Part shown: in pieces, positions 25,845 to 27,131 of the stretch
Numbering within the stretch: position 1 is the first letter of the stretch
Layout of the letters: each line of letters begins with the position of its first letter
Assembly: GCA_043718025.1 (NCBI GenBank)
Contig: JAYSWN010000124.1
Location: 1 to 27,131, forward strand
Direction: 5' to 3'
Source: Pseudomonadota bacterium
GTDB lineage: Bacteria; Bdellovibrionota; FAC87; UBA2466
DNA: 27,131 nucleotides
Notes under the pieces: generated by a model
The model's input: the letters and a program-made list of their open reading frames with translations, nothing else
Database searches by the model: none
What the model was told of the DNA's origin: nothing
Program-made: the position numbers and the translations under genes

Positions 25845-27131
25845 CTAGCCTCCGTGCGGCTCGAGGGTTCTTTTTTTTAAAATCAGATATTCAGCCGTTT
25901 CTCCAATTGAGATAAAATCTGGCCGCAGGCATTTGAACTGTTCGAGTGGAGATTCACTTTTCTTTAATATGGCAATATTGAACATTCCCACCACCAGTTT
26001 GCAGCGATTTTGTAGCAGCCAGGCTGGAACATAATCGCCATCCTTGGCAAAAGTGGGCGCTAGGTTTTCGCTGAGCGCAAAGCGAGTTGTGGGCAGTTTG
26101 TAAGGGGACAGAATTTTATGAATCTCCTGCAGTTGAACGCGAAGTGTATGCCATTCGTGTTGATCGCCGCTAAGTGCAGCAAACTGAGTGATTGAATCAA
26201 TGGGCAGCTTGAAATTAATTAAGACGCTAAGGGCCAGACTAGAAATTAACGCAATGAAAAGTGAGCGGGCCGTATTATTTTCTCGACGACGAAAAATAGA
26301 CGCGCCGACCGCTATCAAAATCATGAGCACGGGAACCAAAATAGCTCGCGAATGAAACGAGAAAGGCACGACTCTTCCGTATATCAACAGGTTCAGTGCC
26401 TCTCTGCCCAACACTGCACCGATTAGGGTTACTAGAACGAAGCAGCGCAACGTTTTCTCTTTTTTCGTCAAGAGAATGATCATGCAGGGGGCAAGGCAGA
26501 GCTGCAAATAGAACACGCTCTTTAGGGAGCCCTTGAGCAAAGATACGTTGAATAAGGAGTTGTAGAAGACGTGGCTACGAGCGGAGACGCTAAAAAGATT
26601 CAGGGCGCGATAATGAAGCAATAGGGTCGTAGAGACGGCGCCAAGCATGAGAAAAATTGCGGCAATGATCAGAAAATCTTTTTTCGTTAACCAAAGCGTT
26701 CCGTAGAGCAGGTAATGGGCCACTATGAGCCAAATAAAAACAAAGGGGAAAAGAAATATGAATTCCTCTTTGGTTGCTAAGAAAAAAGCGATGCAAATAA
26801 AAAGTAGAACACGAGATTTTCTAAGGAGGCCTAAGAAAATTCCCAGTAAAAAAAGGGGCATCATGAAGTCGGGCTGAAACGAATCGTAGTTGGGCGCGGC
26901 AAACTGAAGGGCCAAGGGGTAAACGAGATGGAGAACGATGAGCAGCCAGAGTACTAAATCGTTTTTAATGAAGTCAGTATTTAATTGTTTACAGATTTTA
27001 AAGAACAATAGGGCCGATAGAGCCCAGCACGATAGACTGACGTAGATGAAAATGAGCGGGGTTTGAAATAGCCAGACCAATGGCGTGAGCAGCAAAAGGG
27101 TAAGGTAAGCGTGATTTCCGAGTAGGTGTTG
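25845..27131 (-). CDS. DUF2079-like polytopic membrane protein (GT-C glycosyltransferase-like), 5'-partial
   Basis: The frame stays open to the window edge (QHLLGNHAYLTLLLLTPL). Contains DSFQPDFMMPL and ATKEE motifs and many TM segments. Confidence 0.65.
   Translation of the reverse strand, partial: QHLLGNHAYLTLLLLTPLVWLFQTPLIFIYVSLSCWALSALLFFKICKQLNTDFIKNDLVLWLLIVLHLVYPLALQFAAPNYDSFQPDFMMPLFLLGIFLGLLRKSRVLLFICIAFFLATKEEFIFLFPFVFIWLIVAHYLLYGTLWLTKKDFLIIAAIFLMLGAVSTTLLLHYRALNLFSVSARSHVFYNSLFNVSLLKGSLKSVFYLQLCLAPCMIILLTKKEKTLRCFVLVTLIGAVLGREALNLLIYGRVVPFSFHSRAILVPVLMILIAVGASIFRRRENNTARSLFIALISSLALSVLINFKLPIDSITQFAALSGDQHEWHTLRVQLQEIHKILSPYKLPTTRFALSENLAPTFAKDGDYVPAWLLQNRCKLVVGMFNIAILKKSESPLEQFKCLRPDFISIGETAEYLILKKRTLEPHGG

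Overview
A gene-dense bacterial chromosomal segment, most likely from a Bdellovibrionota-like organism. The taxonomic call is an inference from three things: an ffs-dnaX-recR-mglA cluster without mglB, a TIGR02147/DUF4423-type HTH protein, and many orphan signal-peptide proteins. Core genes are tex (5'-partial), ygiQ, srkA, ffs, dnaX, recR, mglA, map, tRNA-Ala(GGC), tRNA-Arg(ACG) and tRNA-Ser(GCT). There is also a Fur-box-preceded TonB-dependent receptor/TonB/thioredoxin-like operon, a YihY protein, an FAD oxidoreductase and a 5'-partial DUF2079-like membrane protein. The standout is a ClpC-type two-ring AAA+ ATPase (21523-23646) with intact catalytic motifs whose Clp-N domain is replaced by an apparent Sec signal peptide plus a short Cys-containing segment. 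A similar 'signal peptide + early Cys' leader occurs on a secreted EEP nuclease and on a small toxin-like protein, suggesting a possible class of exported predatory effectors. Also notable are a tRNA-Ser 3'-end duplication interleaved with a second repeat, and an MglA that lacks a neighbouring mglB yet keeps Gly21. No CRISPR array, integrase or transposase was seen.
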